Below, in pieces: positions 28,814 through 38,857 of a stretch of DNA of 64,000 nt (positions within the stretch are counted from its first letter, which is position 1; each line of letters begins with the position of its first letter). The position numbers were made by a program, and so were the translations under genes. Source of the DNA: Promethearchaeati archaeon SRVP18_Atabeyarchaeia-1 (GTDB lineage Archaea; Asgardarchaeota; Atabeyarchaeia; Atabeyarchaeales; Atabeyarchaeaceae). The notes below the pieces were generated by a model. That model made no database searches and was not told where the DNA came from. It worked only from the letters and a program-made list of their open reading frames with translations. The stretch is from contig CP147779.1 of the NCBI GenBank assembly GCA_037308085.1, forward strand, positions 2,048,001-2,112,000, read 5' to 3'.

Positions 28814-30016
28814 CTAGAAGAACGTCGGCTGTCGCTCATATGCCCTTTTTGGAGGCTCCATCTTCAACGTCTCCTCCGGGGATAAAACCTCAACGAGCTC
28901 ATATCTTCTCGAGCCCATGCCAAGTTTCTCTGCAAACTCTGTGGCGAGGTACGGGTTCTTCATTGCACCATGAATGCGCTGGAATGGATGCAGGTCTGCG
29001 CCTGGATCCAGATTGGCGTGCATGAAGTGCGGCGGTATGGCCTTCTCGAGCAAGCCCGCCTTTGAGATCAAGTCTAACGTGGCGGTCTCTATTGCCACGA
29101 TGTCCCTGCTGCCGACAACACCTACGTCTGGAACAACGCATGGCATACCCATGCCCATGCAATCGCAGTATGGTGTTACCTGAATTATGAAGTTCAGGAA
29201 GAATCTCTTGCTCTTGTCGAACCTATCCACCACTTGTTTCGCCGCGATGGCAAGCATCTCTTGGAACGCCGAAAAGCCCTCCTGCTTCAGCTCCAAGCAG
29301 CCAACACCCTTGTCTGTCTCGAGGCATTCGTTGCACTGGACGCACTCGTGGATTTCGATTTGCAGGTGGTGTTTCTTCTTGTCATACTTGATTGCATCGT
29401 ACTTGCAGGATTTGGCGATTTCCTCTGCGTGTTCTGGGGTGCACTTCTTCGGGTCCCAGAACTGCACCTGGTAGGGAGCTTGATGGATCTTCGTCCACCT
29501 CGTTGGACCTGAGTATCCGCCAAGGGCCAAGTTCTTGATGGCGCCGCCGTATCCGCTTGCGCCATGCCCCTTTGCGTGGCTCAAGTCGATCAGGGCGTCA
29601 GCATCGTGCAGGACTCCAGCCATGTCCAGCTTCTCGATTCCCCTGTAGTTCACCATCGCCTCGTACGTGTACTTGTCTTTGATTCCTGCGACTGGGATGA
29701 TGGGGCAGCCGCAGGTTTCCTGGGTGTAGCCTCGGTCGACCGCATTGTATACGGAGGTTGGATTATCCGTGATGAAGGGATAGCCGCCAGTCTTTTGTAC
29801 TGCCTTCACAATGCGTCTTACAAAGAAGACGGGGATTGTTTGGTAACCCGTGTTGAAGCCAAGGTGCATCTTTATGGCTACCTTGTCTCCCGTTTTTATG
29901 GTTGAGAGATCCAGCAACTCAAGGATCTTGTCGACCTTCGCGCTTAGGGATGCGAATTCGGCGATCCTGCCTTGCTGAACTGACCCAAAATACACTTTCG
30001 ATCCTTTCTCACTCAT
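28814..30016 (-). CDS. DUF362-domain Fe-S protein
   Basis: VAIKMHLG, SHAKGH, GGAIKNLALG, CVQCNEC, TPYCDC, DIVAIE. Confidence 0.88.
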   Translation of the reverse strand: MSEKGSKVYFGSVQQGRIAEFASLSAKVDKILELLDLSTIKTGDKVAIKMHLGFNTGYQTIPVFFVRRIVKAVQKTGGYPFITDNPTSVYNAVDRGYTQETCGCPIIPVAGIKDKYTYEAMVNYRGIEKLDMAGVLHDADALIDLSHAKGHGASGYGGAIKNLALGGYSGPTRWTKIHQAPYQVQFWDPKKCTPEHAEEIAKSCKYDAIKYDKKKHHLQIEIHECVQCNECLETDKGVGCLELKQEGFSAFQEMLAIAAKQVVDRFDKSKRFFLNFIIQVTPYCDCMGMGMPCVVPDVGVVGSRDIVAIETATLDLISKAGLLEKAIPPHFMHANLDPGADLHPFQRIHGAMKNPYLATEFAEKLGMGSRRYELVEVLSPEETLKMEPPKRAYERQPTFF

Positions 30017-30212
30017 CTTACGCGCCCTCCGAGTGCCAGTCAGAAATACCTAGAAGCAATTCAGTGACTCCATCAAAACAATCATAAGAATAGCGATATA
30101 AAGACTTGTCGACTCAAGCAAAACAGGTCCAACCGAACCACACCTAGCTAAGGCGGGAATGAGTGCATCTAATCTATGAGTGCCCCTGAGGCGGAGCGCA
30201 CTCCCCCTGTAC

Positions 30213-31139
30213 TCATGTTGGAGAGTATCTTTCTCCCCTTTTTGCTGCTCTCCCTTGGCTGACTAGTTCATTCAGATGCTTTGTGATCATGTTTCCTTCC
30301 CAGTAGCGCAGCAGGGGTTCTGCGTAGGGGAACCTTCCGTAGATCGGAGCCTCGTTCACGAGCTCGGCTACGCTTCTGCCACTCGTAGTGAGCATGTCAA
30401 GTATCTTCTCGCTTCTCTCCTGAAATTTGGAGTTGAAGTCGCTGAGCTTTCTCTTTATGTCGTTTTTTATGATTTCCCTATGACCTGAAACCATGATCTC
30501 GATGTCCAGTCTCTCTAGCTTCTCTATGGATGCCTTGAATGCAGGGATGCTCGACTCCCTGTGACCGTACCAAGGACCAAAAGAGGTTAAGTCATAGTCG
30601 AATGAGAGCAGTATCTTCTTATTAGGCTCGTAGAAGCAGTAGTGATCAATTGTGTGTCCTGGAGTGTAGATGGGAAGAAGAGTGGCTTCGCCAAATCTGA
30701 AGGACGTCCGGCTACTGAAACTTCTGGTGGGTTTGCATTCCTTGAAGCCCATGACCTTGGAGACGAAGTCTCTCCAGTATTCCGCCAGCCACCCGGGTTC
30801 TGCGAGTCTGTCTCCGAGTGCAGCCATGTTTCCACTTGTCTCAAATCCCTCTTCTGGAACGTAGATCGCCTTGACGCCGTCTCTGAATAGCCAGTTTCCT
30901 GCGGAGTGGTCTGGGTGAGTATGGGAGTTAATGACGCAAGTGACATTGAATCTTCGCTTGATCACGCTGAGCGTGCTTATCCCGCAGCCAGTGTCTATTA
31001 CTGTTGCTTCGCCATTGTCTCTCTTAACTAAAACGGAATTTGAGTGGGGGAATCTACCTCCATCCTCGCCCCTGACGAGAAACATACTATCTTCAATGTG
31101 CTCAAGCTCTAGTTCTTTCAATTGTGAGCGACCTTCCAC
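30213..31139 (-). CDS. MBL-fold metallo-hydrolase with a C-terminal wHTH
   Basis: IDTG, SHTHPDH, TPGHT..H, SGH. Confidence 0.9.
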   Translation of the reverse strand: MEGRSQLKELELEHIEDSMFLVRGEDGGRFPHSNSVLVKRDNGEATVIDTGCGISTLSVIKRRFNVTCVINSHTHPDHSAGNWLFRDGVKAIYVPEEGFETSGNMAALGDRLAEPGWLAEYWRDFVSKVMGFKECKPTRSFSSRTSFRFGEATLLPIYTPGHTIDHYCFYEPNKKILLSFDYDLTSFGPWYGHRESSIPAFKASIEKLERLDIEIMVSGHREIIKNDIKRKLSDFNSKFQERSEKILDMLTTSGRSVAELVNEAPIYGRFPYAEPLLRYWEGNMITKHLNELVSQGRAAKRGERYSPT

Positions 31140-31375
31140 TCAATACAATCACAATCTACCTAGACCACTTGCATCAACTTATCGGCTTTGGTTTAGATGA
31201 CGAGTATTCTCTTGCCTATACCCTCTTGAATTTGGTCAGGTGAGCTGAAGATGTGAGCGAACTATCCAAGGATGTTGGCCCAAGTCGCCATTTTTGTGCT
31301 CCTGTTAGTGGGAGGACTCATGATCTAGTATGTTGCTCGTCTCTCCTTCCCAGTATGCGGCGAAGCAAATCGAGG

Positions 31376-32173
31376 CTATATGCTCAGCAGCAGCTCGGTC
31401 AGATACATCACTATCATGCCGATTGTCACGCCCACAAGGATTAGGTGCTTGTGCTCCCTCGTGTATGCTATCGGTATGAGTTCGATAACAACGTAGAGTA
31501 TCGCCCCAGCCGCGAGAGCGAAAAACAGAGTTGCTAGCATGTCAGAGTAGAAGAGGGCGCCAAGAACTGCGCCCAGCACCGTGGGGCCGCCAGCTATGAG
31601 CCCAATTAGGATAGGATCTCTGGTTCTGACTTCAGCTTTGGCGATAGGCGCGACTATGCCGAACCCCTCTGTCCCGTTGTGCAGCGCGAACCCGATGATG
31701 AGGAGATAACTCAGCGTCACAGCTCCAGCAGCGTAAGATGACCCTATGGCTAATCCCTCCCCGAGGTTGTGCAGGCCTATGCCAAGAGCAATGAGATACG
31801 CAAAGGAAACGCTTGCCTGAGGCGTTTTTGAATCCTTGTCTGGCTGGGATACGTCAGGGTGATACCCCCTCGGATGCTTGTGAGACCTGCCGCGTATGGA
31901 CTCGTATACCGCCAAGCCCAGGAGACCGACCACGAATCCAGAAACCACTAGCGCTCCCCCGAGCATGGCACCAGACGATTCAGCCAGAACTTCAGACTCA
32001 TGAAAGACATCGACGAAGAGAAATAGAAGAACGCCTATTGCGAAGCTTATCAGGAACGTTCTCACGCCTTCACTGGTCTTCCTCAAAGCTCTCCATGGAG
32101 CGATACCCAAGTACACAGGGATAAGCCCTGCGACGACTCCAAGGAAAGCGGCATAGAATGGATCCACGCTCAT
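31376..32173 (-). CDS. ZIP-family divalent metal transporter
   Basis: GIGLHNLGEGLAIG and LHNGTEG; His-containing cytoplasmic loop. Confidence 0.92.
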   Translation of the reverse strand: MSVDPFYAAFLGVVAGLIPVYLGIAPWRALRKTSEGVRTFLISFAIGVLLFLFVDVFHESEVLAESSGAMLGGALVVSGFVVGLLGLAVYESIRGRSHKHPRGYHPDVSQPDKDSKTPQASVSFAYLIALGIGLHNLGEGLAIGSSYAAGAVTLSYLLIIGFALHNGTEGFGIVAPIAKAEVRTRDPILIGLIAGGPTVLGAVLGALFYSDMLATLFFALAAGAILYVVIELIPIAYTREHKHLILVGVTIGMIVMYLTELLLSI

Positions 32174-32309
32174 CTATTGTCACACCCACCCAGCATTTCA
32201 GAGAATCGGTGGCCAATTGCACTGCAAACTTATTTAATCCCACGCAATATATATATCTGTTATAGTGGAGGGGAACCATCAGATCACCCCGCTGCAGGAG
32301 TTGCCTTCG

Positions 32310-33293
32310 ATGCCTGCCAAGTTGCCAACCTGGGAAGAACTGTTCAGTGATAAGCTCGCGGAATGGCTTCTTGAGGGGGAATGTTGGGTAGTCTACCGCG
32401 TGCTGACGGATCTAATGGAAAAAGGTGCAGAGGACAACCGTGTCGCCACCGCGCAGATGGCGACCTACGGCCACCCTCTCATAAAGAAGATCTTCGAGGC
32501 CCAGAATGAGGAAGGCTACTGGGGAAAGCCTAGGGACATCCACACGTGGTGGCCGAAGAAGAACACCACTTTCTGGATCCTCCCTGTACTCGCTGATTTC
32601 GGCCTAACTGTAGCCGACAATAGGATAGCTCGAGCCTGCGAATACGTCTTTACTACCCAGCTCGAATCGGGGGGGTTCGGGTGGGATCCACCAACGAAGC
32701 CCGCAGAATGCCACACAGCAATCCTAGCAGAGTCTTTGGCTAAGCTTGGGTTTCTTGGTGATCCGAGGCTGCAGAAAGCTTACAACTGGCTTGCCAGCCG
32801 CCAGCGCCTAGACGGCGCATTCTGGTGCAAGGAGACGGGGCAAGCATCGGGACCGAGGGAGAAGGAGCCAGGGTGCGCCTTCGCCACAACCTTCGTGCTG
32901 GGCGCATTAGTCCAGAACCCTGATATGAAGAACACCGGGACCGCTAATGAGGCAATCGACTTTGCCTTCCAGTGCTGGAATAACCGGAGAAAAGTCAAGT
33001 ATGCTGGGCATGACAGCAGCATCGGTACCGACTGGGATAGGTTGAAGTACCCTTTCACCGACTACAAGATCCTTAAGTTCCTCGATACCGTTTCCATGTT
33101 CGATCAAGCCCGGGAAAGACTTCTCGAATCAGGGATCGTCGAGCTGCTCCTCAAGAAGCGGAACAAGAATGGTATGTTTAAACCCGAGTCCATCATCAAG
33201 GTGTGGTCTGACTTCGACTTCGGGCAGAAAAAGGAGCCTTCCAGATGGATTACTTTTCTTGCTCTCCGAGTATTCAAGAGGATTCTCAAATAG
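32310..33293 (+). CDS. Prenyltransferase/squalene-cyclase-repeat (alpha-alpha toroid) protein
   Basis: QW-like repeats Q..EGYW, Q.ESGGF, QR.DG.FWC; C-terminal PSRWIT..AL. Confidence 0.75.
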   Translation: MPAKLPTWEELFSDKLAEWLLEGECWVVYRVLTDLMEKGAEDNRVATAQMATYGHPLIKKIFEAQNEEGYWGKPRDIHTWWPKKNTTFWILPVLADFGLTVADNRIARACEYVFTTQLESGGFGWDPPTKPAECHTAILAESLAKLGFLGDPRLQKAYNWLASRQRLDGAFWCKETGQASGPREKEPGCAFATTFVLGALVQNPDMKNTGTANEAIDFAFQCWNNRRKVKYAGHDSSIGTDWDRLKYPFTDYKILKFLDTVSMFDQARERLLESGIVELLLKKRNKNGMFKPESIIKVWSDFDFGQKKEPSRWITFLALRVFKRILK

Positions 33294-33501
33294 AAAAAGA
33301 CGGAGAGTAGCTCATTGGCTTGAGACTACTCGATACGCTATTCCATCCTTGGCTAACGATGCGTCTCTATTCTCCTACTGGTATGGGATGATGTTTGGCC
33401 AGCCAAGTTCTTCTTCGAGCTCCGTGTGGCAATTCAGATCCGCTGCGTACTGGAATCCCAGGAGGCCACAACGCACACCAGCGAGCTACCGATTTCTTGA
33501 A

Positions 33502-34227
33502 TTACCGCCCACCCTTCTTCTGGCGTCGAAGGATCATCCGACGCGTTTTTTGGCTCCTAAATTCCTTAAGCGCATCTGAGGCAATCCATCTTTCACTCCT
33601 TGAGCCTCCGCTTAGGAGTCTATTCGCGGTTTCGGTCGCTGCGCTGTTGAGGTCTGGGCTTCGCTTTCCAATCTGCCTTAGTGCCCAACTGACGGCTTTC
33701 CTTGCATAGTTTCTCTCATCTTCCGCGCCGCTTTCAACGATATTCAGAAACCTGATGAATTCTGCATTGTCAGCCTTTTTATCATGGACAGCGAGATTGG
33801 CCATAAGAACGAACCCTGCCCTTTTGACGAACTCTCCTTTTCCCGTGCTCCATTCTTTGGCTTTCCTGTATGCGAACGGGGTCTTTGAGAAGAGGTTGTT
33901 GCAGGTCTGGTCGCATACGTCCCATGAATCGAAATCTCTTGCCCACATGTCCATTTGCCTGTCGGTGACAGCTTTAGGATCATCGATCATGCTTGCGAGC
34001 ATCTTGGCATCGTGGATGCCTGATGTCCAAAGTTGCAGGGCCAGTTCATGGTCTGTGCCTATCTCCTTGGCCATTTCCCTAAGCTTGTGAACTGAGACCC
34101 CGTAGTTGTCATTGGTGTTGATTCCGTACCTTGCCATTCCCTTTATTGCCTCGGGATTGCGCATCGATCTCAGCTTGCCGAGTATCTCCGTGATTGCTGT
34201 TTCCTTTTCGAACATAAAGAGCACCAT
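33502..34227 (-). CDS. DNA alkylation repair protein (AlkD-like HEAT-repeat glycosylase)
   Basis: GMARYGI, LW.SG, DFDSWDVCD, EFVKRAGF, DERNY.RKAVSWALRQIGKR. Confidence 0.88.
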   Translation of the reverse strand: MVLFMFEKETAITEILGKLRSMRNPEAIKGMARYGINTNDNYGVSVHKLREMAKEIGTDHELALQLWTSGIHDAKMLASMIDDPKAVTDRQMDMWARDFDSWDVCDQTCNNLFSKTPFAYRKAKEWSTGKGEFVKRAGFVLMANLAVHDKKADNAEFIRFLNIVESGAEDERNYARKAVSWALRQIGKRSPDLNSAATETANRLLSGGSRSERWIASDALKEFRSQKTRRMILRRQKKGGR

Positions 34228-34552
34228 TCAACTGCTCGAACCAAAACAAAGAATGAGGGTTAGCGATCATAAGAATCTGCTGAATTGTCCAAGTAACCAA
34301 CGTGACCCGTCGATGGGGGGCACGTACCTCCGCGATTGTCTCCAATCTACTGAATGGAATCTAATAGTCCGGAACCGTTTTGACTAAAGATGAATTCTCT
34401 CGGGTTTCTTGGCACCCGTTCTATTCGTGTCAACCCGCTTGTGACTATGGCTAACGGTGTCCCGAGGAAAATCTCAAATACACCCTGTTCTAACCTTATA
34501 ACGGCTACACACTGATGAATACACCGGAAGAAGCAGAATAGAGGGGTATGTG

Positions 34553-34906
34553 ATGTCTCAAAAGAAAGAAAAAGTGGCAGATGAAGTTATGTAGACTGTC
34601 CAGCAAAGACTCAACGAAAACAAGGACGCAACCAAAGGCTGGGGCAAGATGGTTCAACAGATTTTCAGTGATATCGGCATCGGATATCGCATGAAATTCG
34701 CCAAGGATGGAACGGTGGCGGTGGAAAAAGTGAAGGCGTCGGAAATAAAACCAAAAGACGCGGCAGCGACGGTCACCGTCGATGTGGACACAATGAAGGA
34801 TTTAATCGATGGGAAGCTGCCTCCAATGGAAGCGATGGGAACGGGGAAAATCAAGGTCGACGGCGATCTGAATGCGCTTCTGAAGCTGTTGCCAGCGTTT
34901 GGATGA
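34553..34906 (+). CDS. SCP2 sterol/lipid-binding domain protein interrupted by an in-frame TAG at 34592-34594 (readthrough or pseudogene)
   Basis: ATG 34553 after GAGGGG: MSQKKEKVADEVM*TVQQRLNENKDATKGWGK is in frame with the ORF ending DGKLPPMEAMGTGKIKVDGD (SCP2 motif). Confidence 0.78.
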
Positions 34907-35249
34907 AGAGTATCCTGAATAATGTGGTCGACACTCAAATGACTTCAAGCTCGAGATCCACCGAAATCCTTCCTTTCTTCAATTCGATTCCTCTCCTTTT
35001 TCATTGACGAGCCCAGAAATAAGCGGGTGACTGGCGACGATTCCCGTAGCCATCGATGCCGAGTCAGCAACTGACACTTGTGTCAATGAGCCAGTTACCG
35101 ATTCTGAACTCTGATATGACAGCTCCTGCGACCGGGCTTTGTGTAGATCTTCCCAGCATCTCTTTGTGGTCCATTGCGATCACACCTATCAGCATTTAAC
35201 CTTATTTCTAACATTAGACATATAGTAGAGGGCGACAGGCGACACGCTT

Positions 35250-36065
35250 GTGCCCCCTAACAAAACCCTAACCTATAATCCAATTCCAGAATGGGTGTCA
35301 GAAATGCCAAGCACGAAGCCCACAATGCCAGTGACAGGAAAGATCCCGGAACACATACCCCCAAGCGACGTAGTTGTTCTAGCGCAACTCGTCGCTGGGA
35401 AAGACGGAGTTACGGGAAAAGACATCGACAAAATCCTCGACAATCGAGGTACAAGAAACTGGGCAGACATCGGTACATCATCAGTATACAACTGCCTAAA
35501 CAGACTTGAGATGTACGCTTACGTTAGAGGCGAGCAGCAGAAAAGAGGGGGACATGAGGTCAAGCTCTATTACGTGAATTCGACTGGCGTGGAAGCCCTC
35601 ATGAGGGAACTGAATTATCGGCTTAGCACGCCCAAGGTGATTCATGACGACATAGACGTATCCGTAGCGCATTTGCCTCTGCTAAAGAAGCAAGACGTGC
35701 TGAAAGCCTTGAAGTCTTACATGGACTCGGTAGACGAGATATTGCAGCATTCGGAATCCCTCATCTTTCCCTTGAAGCAGTTCAGCTTTCTGCTGCAGAA
35801 TGATCCTGGTCGACAAATCGCCGACAGGAGGATCGCGGATATCGATCCGCGCGATGTGGAGCTGATCCTCGCTCTACTTGAACGCCCTTACCGAGAGTTG
35901 CGGGCTAGGAAGCAGTGGCTGAGAGAGTTCATAGAGAAGGTTAGCGATGGTTATGTGTGGTGCGCAGACCAGCAGCCAAGGGCGCAAGCAATTCCACAAG
36001 ACAAAACACAGAAGGACCTTGAAGAGAAGAGGAAAGAGAGGGGTAAGAAAGGCATACTGATATAG
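35250..36065 (+). CDS. PadR-like winged-helix transcriptional regulator (start may be ATG 35304)
   Basis: WADIGTSSVYNCLNRLE..YV..K.Y.V...G..AL wHTH followed by a helical C-terminal domain. Confidence 0.75.
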   Translation: MPPNKTLTYNPIPEWVSEMPSTKPTMPVTGKIPEHIPPSDVVVLAQLVAGKDGVTGKDIDKILDNRGTRNWADIGTSSVYNCLNRLEMYAYVRGEQQKRGGHEVKLYYVNSTGVEALMRELNYRLSTPKVIHDDIDVSVAHLPLLKKQDVLKALKSYMDSVDEILQHSESLIFPLKQFSFLLQNDPGRQIADRRIADIDPRDVELILALLERPYRELRARKQWLREFIEKVSDGYVWCADQQPRAQAIPQDKTQKDLEEKRKERGKKGILI

Positions 36066-36620
36066 AACCGCCTCCCTTGGAGGCAGTTTGCTTATGCCAC
36101 CAGAAACGACAACCCAGAAATCCGCGAAGACCGACAGGAATAGGCTTCCTCTAGTTGACTATGGCAAGATGGGAGCAGCCGGAGAAGTCATCAGCGTTGA
36201 GAGCTTCAGGCATTTTCTTGGCACCAACTGTCAATTCTCCAGTCTGCGAAAAGCCCTAGCCTACCAAGGATGGAATTGCTCTGAGGAAGTAAGCTACCAC
36301 CTATCGGAATAGGGGGTTTCCATGGGAGTCGGCTCAGGGCCCACGGCACCGAAACCGGGTCCCTCATCGGAACGCAACAGTCGATTTATAGGGACTGGCC
36401 TGCTGGTAAGCTGGAAGAAGGCACGCTGGCTGAGAGTGTACCCGATCTCCTTCCGCATCAGCAGGGATTTCACGGCGATAGTCAGGCTCGCCTTTCTATC
36501 GCTGTCAGAAGAAGCTCAGCATGTGGCAAGTTGTCATTCTGACTTGGTCCACCGAACGGAGAAAGTAGAATAGTGGGGACCTGCAAGAAGCACGTTCCCA
36601 CATATTTGATGCGATTTCCA

Positions 36621-37286
36621 CTAGGCGAGTTTTGCACCGCACTCGCCGCAGAATCTTGTCCCAGGCTGGTTGTCTGCCCCGCACTTTGGGCACTTCACCA
36701 AGTCTAGGGGTGCGCCGCAGTTGTTGCAGAACTTTCCTGTTCCTGCTGGTTTACCACAACTTGGGCAGATAGTCTGCCTACCTTTGATCTCTCCTTTGAA
36801 CACCTGTGTGGTCTTTGCCTTCTCCTCTATGTCTTCTACCCTCTTCTTTGCTCTGGCAGCCGTCACCTCAACAGCCTCGCGAGGGGCATCGTCAACGCAG
36901 AGGTTCTCCTCTTCATTCCAGTCGTTGTCGCACACGTACTTCTTGCACTTTGGACAGCGGTGGAAGTGCCCTTTCGCTTCGTTCTGGGCAGCTTCAAACG
37001 CGGCTTCGTGCTCCTTTTGCCACTGAGGGGACATCCCTGTGAATCTCTCCCCGATTATGTCTGTCCCGCTGCTGGCTGCATATCCAGCGGAGCTTTTCCC
37101 AGCTAGCGATGCGCCTATGGATGCGGCTCTTCCTAAGCCCTTTATGAGCCCTCCCTTCTTGTATGTCTTTGACTGCTGGAACGACGTCTTGAATCCGTCT
37201 CCACAAAGGTCGCAGAAGAAGGTAAACTGGAATCCAGCTTCAGTGCTGTTATCGGCAAAGTTCTTCGTGAATGGCTTTAGTGACAT
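36621..37286 (-). CDS. Multi-zinc-ribbon (double zinc ribbon) protein
   Basis: DNSTEAGFQF.F.CD.C, CPKC..YVC..W and four C-terminal CxxC pairs; ATG follows GGAGGTGA. Confidence 0.85.
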   Translation of the reverse strand: MSLKPFTKNFADNSTEAGFQFTFFCDLCGDGFKTSFQQSKTYKKGGLIKGLGRAASIGASLAGKSSAGYAASSGTDIIGERFTGMSPQWQKEHEAAFEAAQNEAKGHFHRCPKCKKYVCDNDWNEEENLCVDDAPREAVEVTAARAKKRVEDIEEKAKTTQVFKGEIKGRQTICPSCGKPAGTGKFCNNCGAPLDLVKCPKCGADNQPGTRFCGECGAKLA

Positions 37287-37364
37287 TCCTGTCTTTTCAC
37301 CTCCCACTACTTCCATTGCTTGATAGGTACATGAATTCTTTCAGCAGATTGTTGGCTTGATCTT

Positions 37365-37628
37365 CTACTTCCGGAGAACACCGGCAAGAGGAGCACCGCA
37401 GTGTTCACAGTAGTCGCCGAAGAAAGTTGCCTTGTGGCACTTCGGGCATTTGACCTCCAGCGATAGTCCGCATTTGCCGCAATTCTTCCAGCCTTTCTCA
37501 ATTGGGCTTCTGCACTTGGGGCATCTTGGTGGTCCGATAGGATTGACCTTTCCGCAAGCTGGGCAGGTGTTTGACTCCGGCGGGATCATTGCGTTGCAGT
37601 ACCTGCATGGCTTCTTGTACCCGTACAT
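37365..37628 (-). CDS. Small double-zinc-ribbon protein
   Basis: Six CxxC pairs in 87 aa. Confidence 0.85.
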   Translation of the reverse strand: MYGYKKPCRYCNAMIPPESNTCPACGKVNPIGPPRCPKCRSPIEKGWKNCGKCGLSLEVKCPKCHKATFFGDYCEHCGAPLAGVLRK

Positions 37629-37990
37629 GGGCGCAACTCCTCTCTATGCCTTTACAAGCGTATCCATTACGCGATTCTGGTATAAATACGCCGCTATGCA
37701 TCTTTTCAGACTAATCTTCTATTGGCACGCAACCTTCCCCGCCATTGCGTCTTGGGGTGCCTTACTCTGTCCCCCACGAAGACTTCCAATTGAACCACAC
37801 AAATAGGTTTATTATCTAAGTCTTCTCTAAATAATGACCGAGGTAGATGCGTCCGAGGAGCTACTCTGGCCGTGGAACCCGATGCTTCCGGGCTTCTAGG
37901 GTGGTATGATCACAGGCGCGGTGTTGCGGCTGTAGGGAGGTACTTCTAATAGGTGACCAAAGGCAGGGTCATGGGTGGTGCTTTTCCTTC

Positions 37991-38386
37991 ATGGTTCGAT
38001 TCACTAAGGTCAAAGAAGCGCATGAGACGACCATGGCGGAAGACGATATCGAGAGCATCATAGACGAGCTCCGAAGCGTCTTGAAGAGCGCGGCAGACTC
38101 TGACGAAGCGGATCGAAAGGTTATCTTGGATCTCACGAAGACCATCGAGGATCTCACTGAACGTAAGGTTGACAAGATGCGGGACTGGGATCCCGCCTAT
38201 GGCCAAGCCAGCGCAAACTCATTGACAGACAAGAGACAGGCGCTCCTCAAGCACCTTCAAGAAGTAGAAGAGAAGCTGCCAAAGGCTCCTGCCGCGAAGA
38301 AGAGGAGGAGAAGAAGGCAAAGAGAAAGAGGGGGAACGTCCCTGCGCGGGATAATTCGGTCACTAATAGAAAGACTGTCAGGGTAG
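37991..38386 (+). CDS. Hypothetical helical protein with a polybasic segment and a C-terminal amphipathic helix
   Basis: Coiled-coil-like core, KKRRRRRQRER, SLRGIIRSLIERLSG; start may be 38033. Confidence 0.65.
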   Translation: MVRFTKVKEAHETTMAEDDIESIIDELRSVLKSAADSDEADRKVILDLTKTIEDLTERKVDKMRDWDPAYGQASANSLTDKRQALLKHLQEVEEKLPKAPAAKKRRRRRQRERGGTSLRGIIRSLIERLSG

Positions 38387-38498
38387 TCTAGGGGCCTGCT
38401 TTTCGCGCTGCGAGTCTGGGTCCGCTGCGCACCCTGCCCTTTGCAGTTCCGAAAACTTGCTGAGAGCCTTACGTGTCAAATCTCTTGAGGGGTTAGCT

Positions 38499-38822
38499 AT
38501 GAATCGATGTCCGAGATGCGGAGAGAATACTGATCCCAATATAATGAATTTCTGCCCAAGATGCGGTGAGCCACTGCAGAAGATGACGCAAGAGGAGTAC
38601 TCTGTCTCCTCAGACGACCTTGTGGCGAAGGTCAGGCAACTGCTTCACGAGGGCAATGTAAGAAGGATTGTGGTTAGGGATGAGAAAGGAAAAACCCTGC
38701 TAGAGATACCACTGACTCTGGGAGTCGTAGGCTTCATACTGGCGCCATGGATGGCAGCACTTGGGGTCGTCGCCGCGATGGTGTCCAAGGCGAAGATCGT
38801 AGTAGAACGAAAGGAAGAATAG
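38499..38822 (+). CDS. Zinc ribbon plus DUF4342-domain protein
   Basis: CPRCG..FCPRCG followed by LV.KV..L.HEGNVRRIVV...LLEIPLTLG. Confidence 0.85.
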   Translation: MNRCPRCGENTDPNIMNFCPRCGEPLQKMTQEEYSVSSDDLVAKVRQLLHEGNVRRIVVRDEKGKTLLEIPLTLGVVGFILAPWMAALGVVAAMVSKAKIVVERKEE

Positions 38823-38857
38823 CCGGCAACTCCCTTTGGGCCATGAATCTTTCTTCT

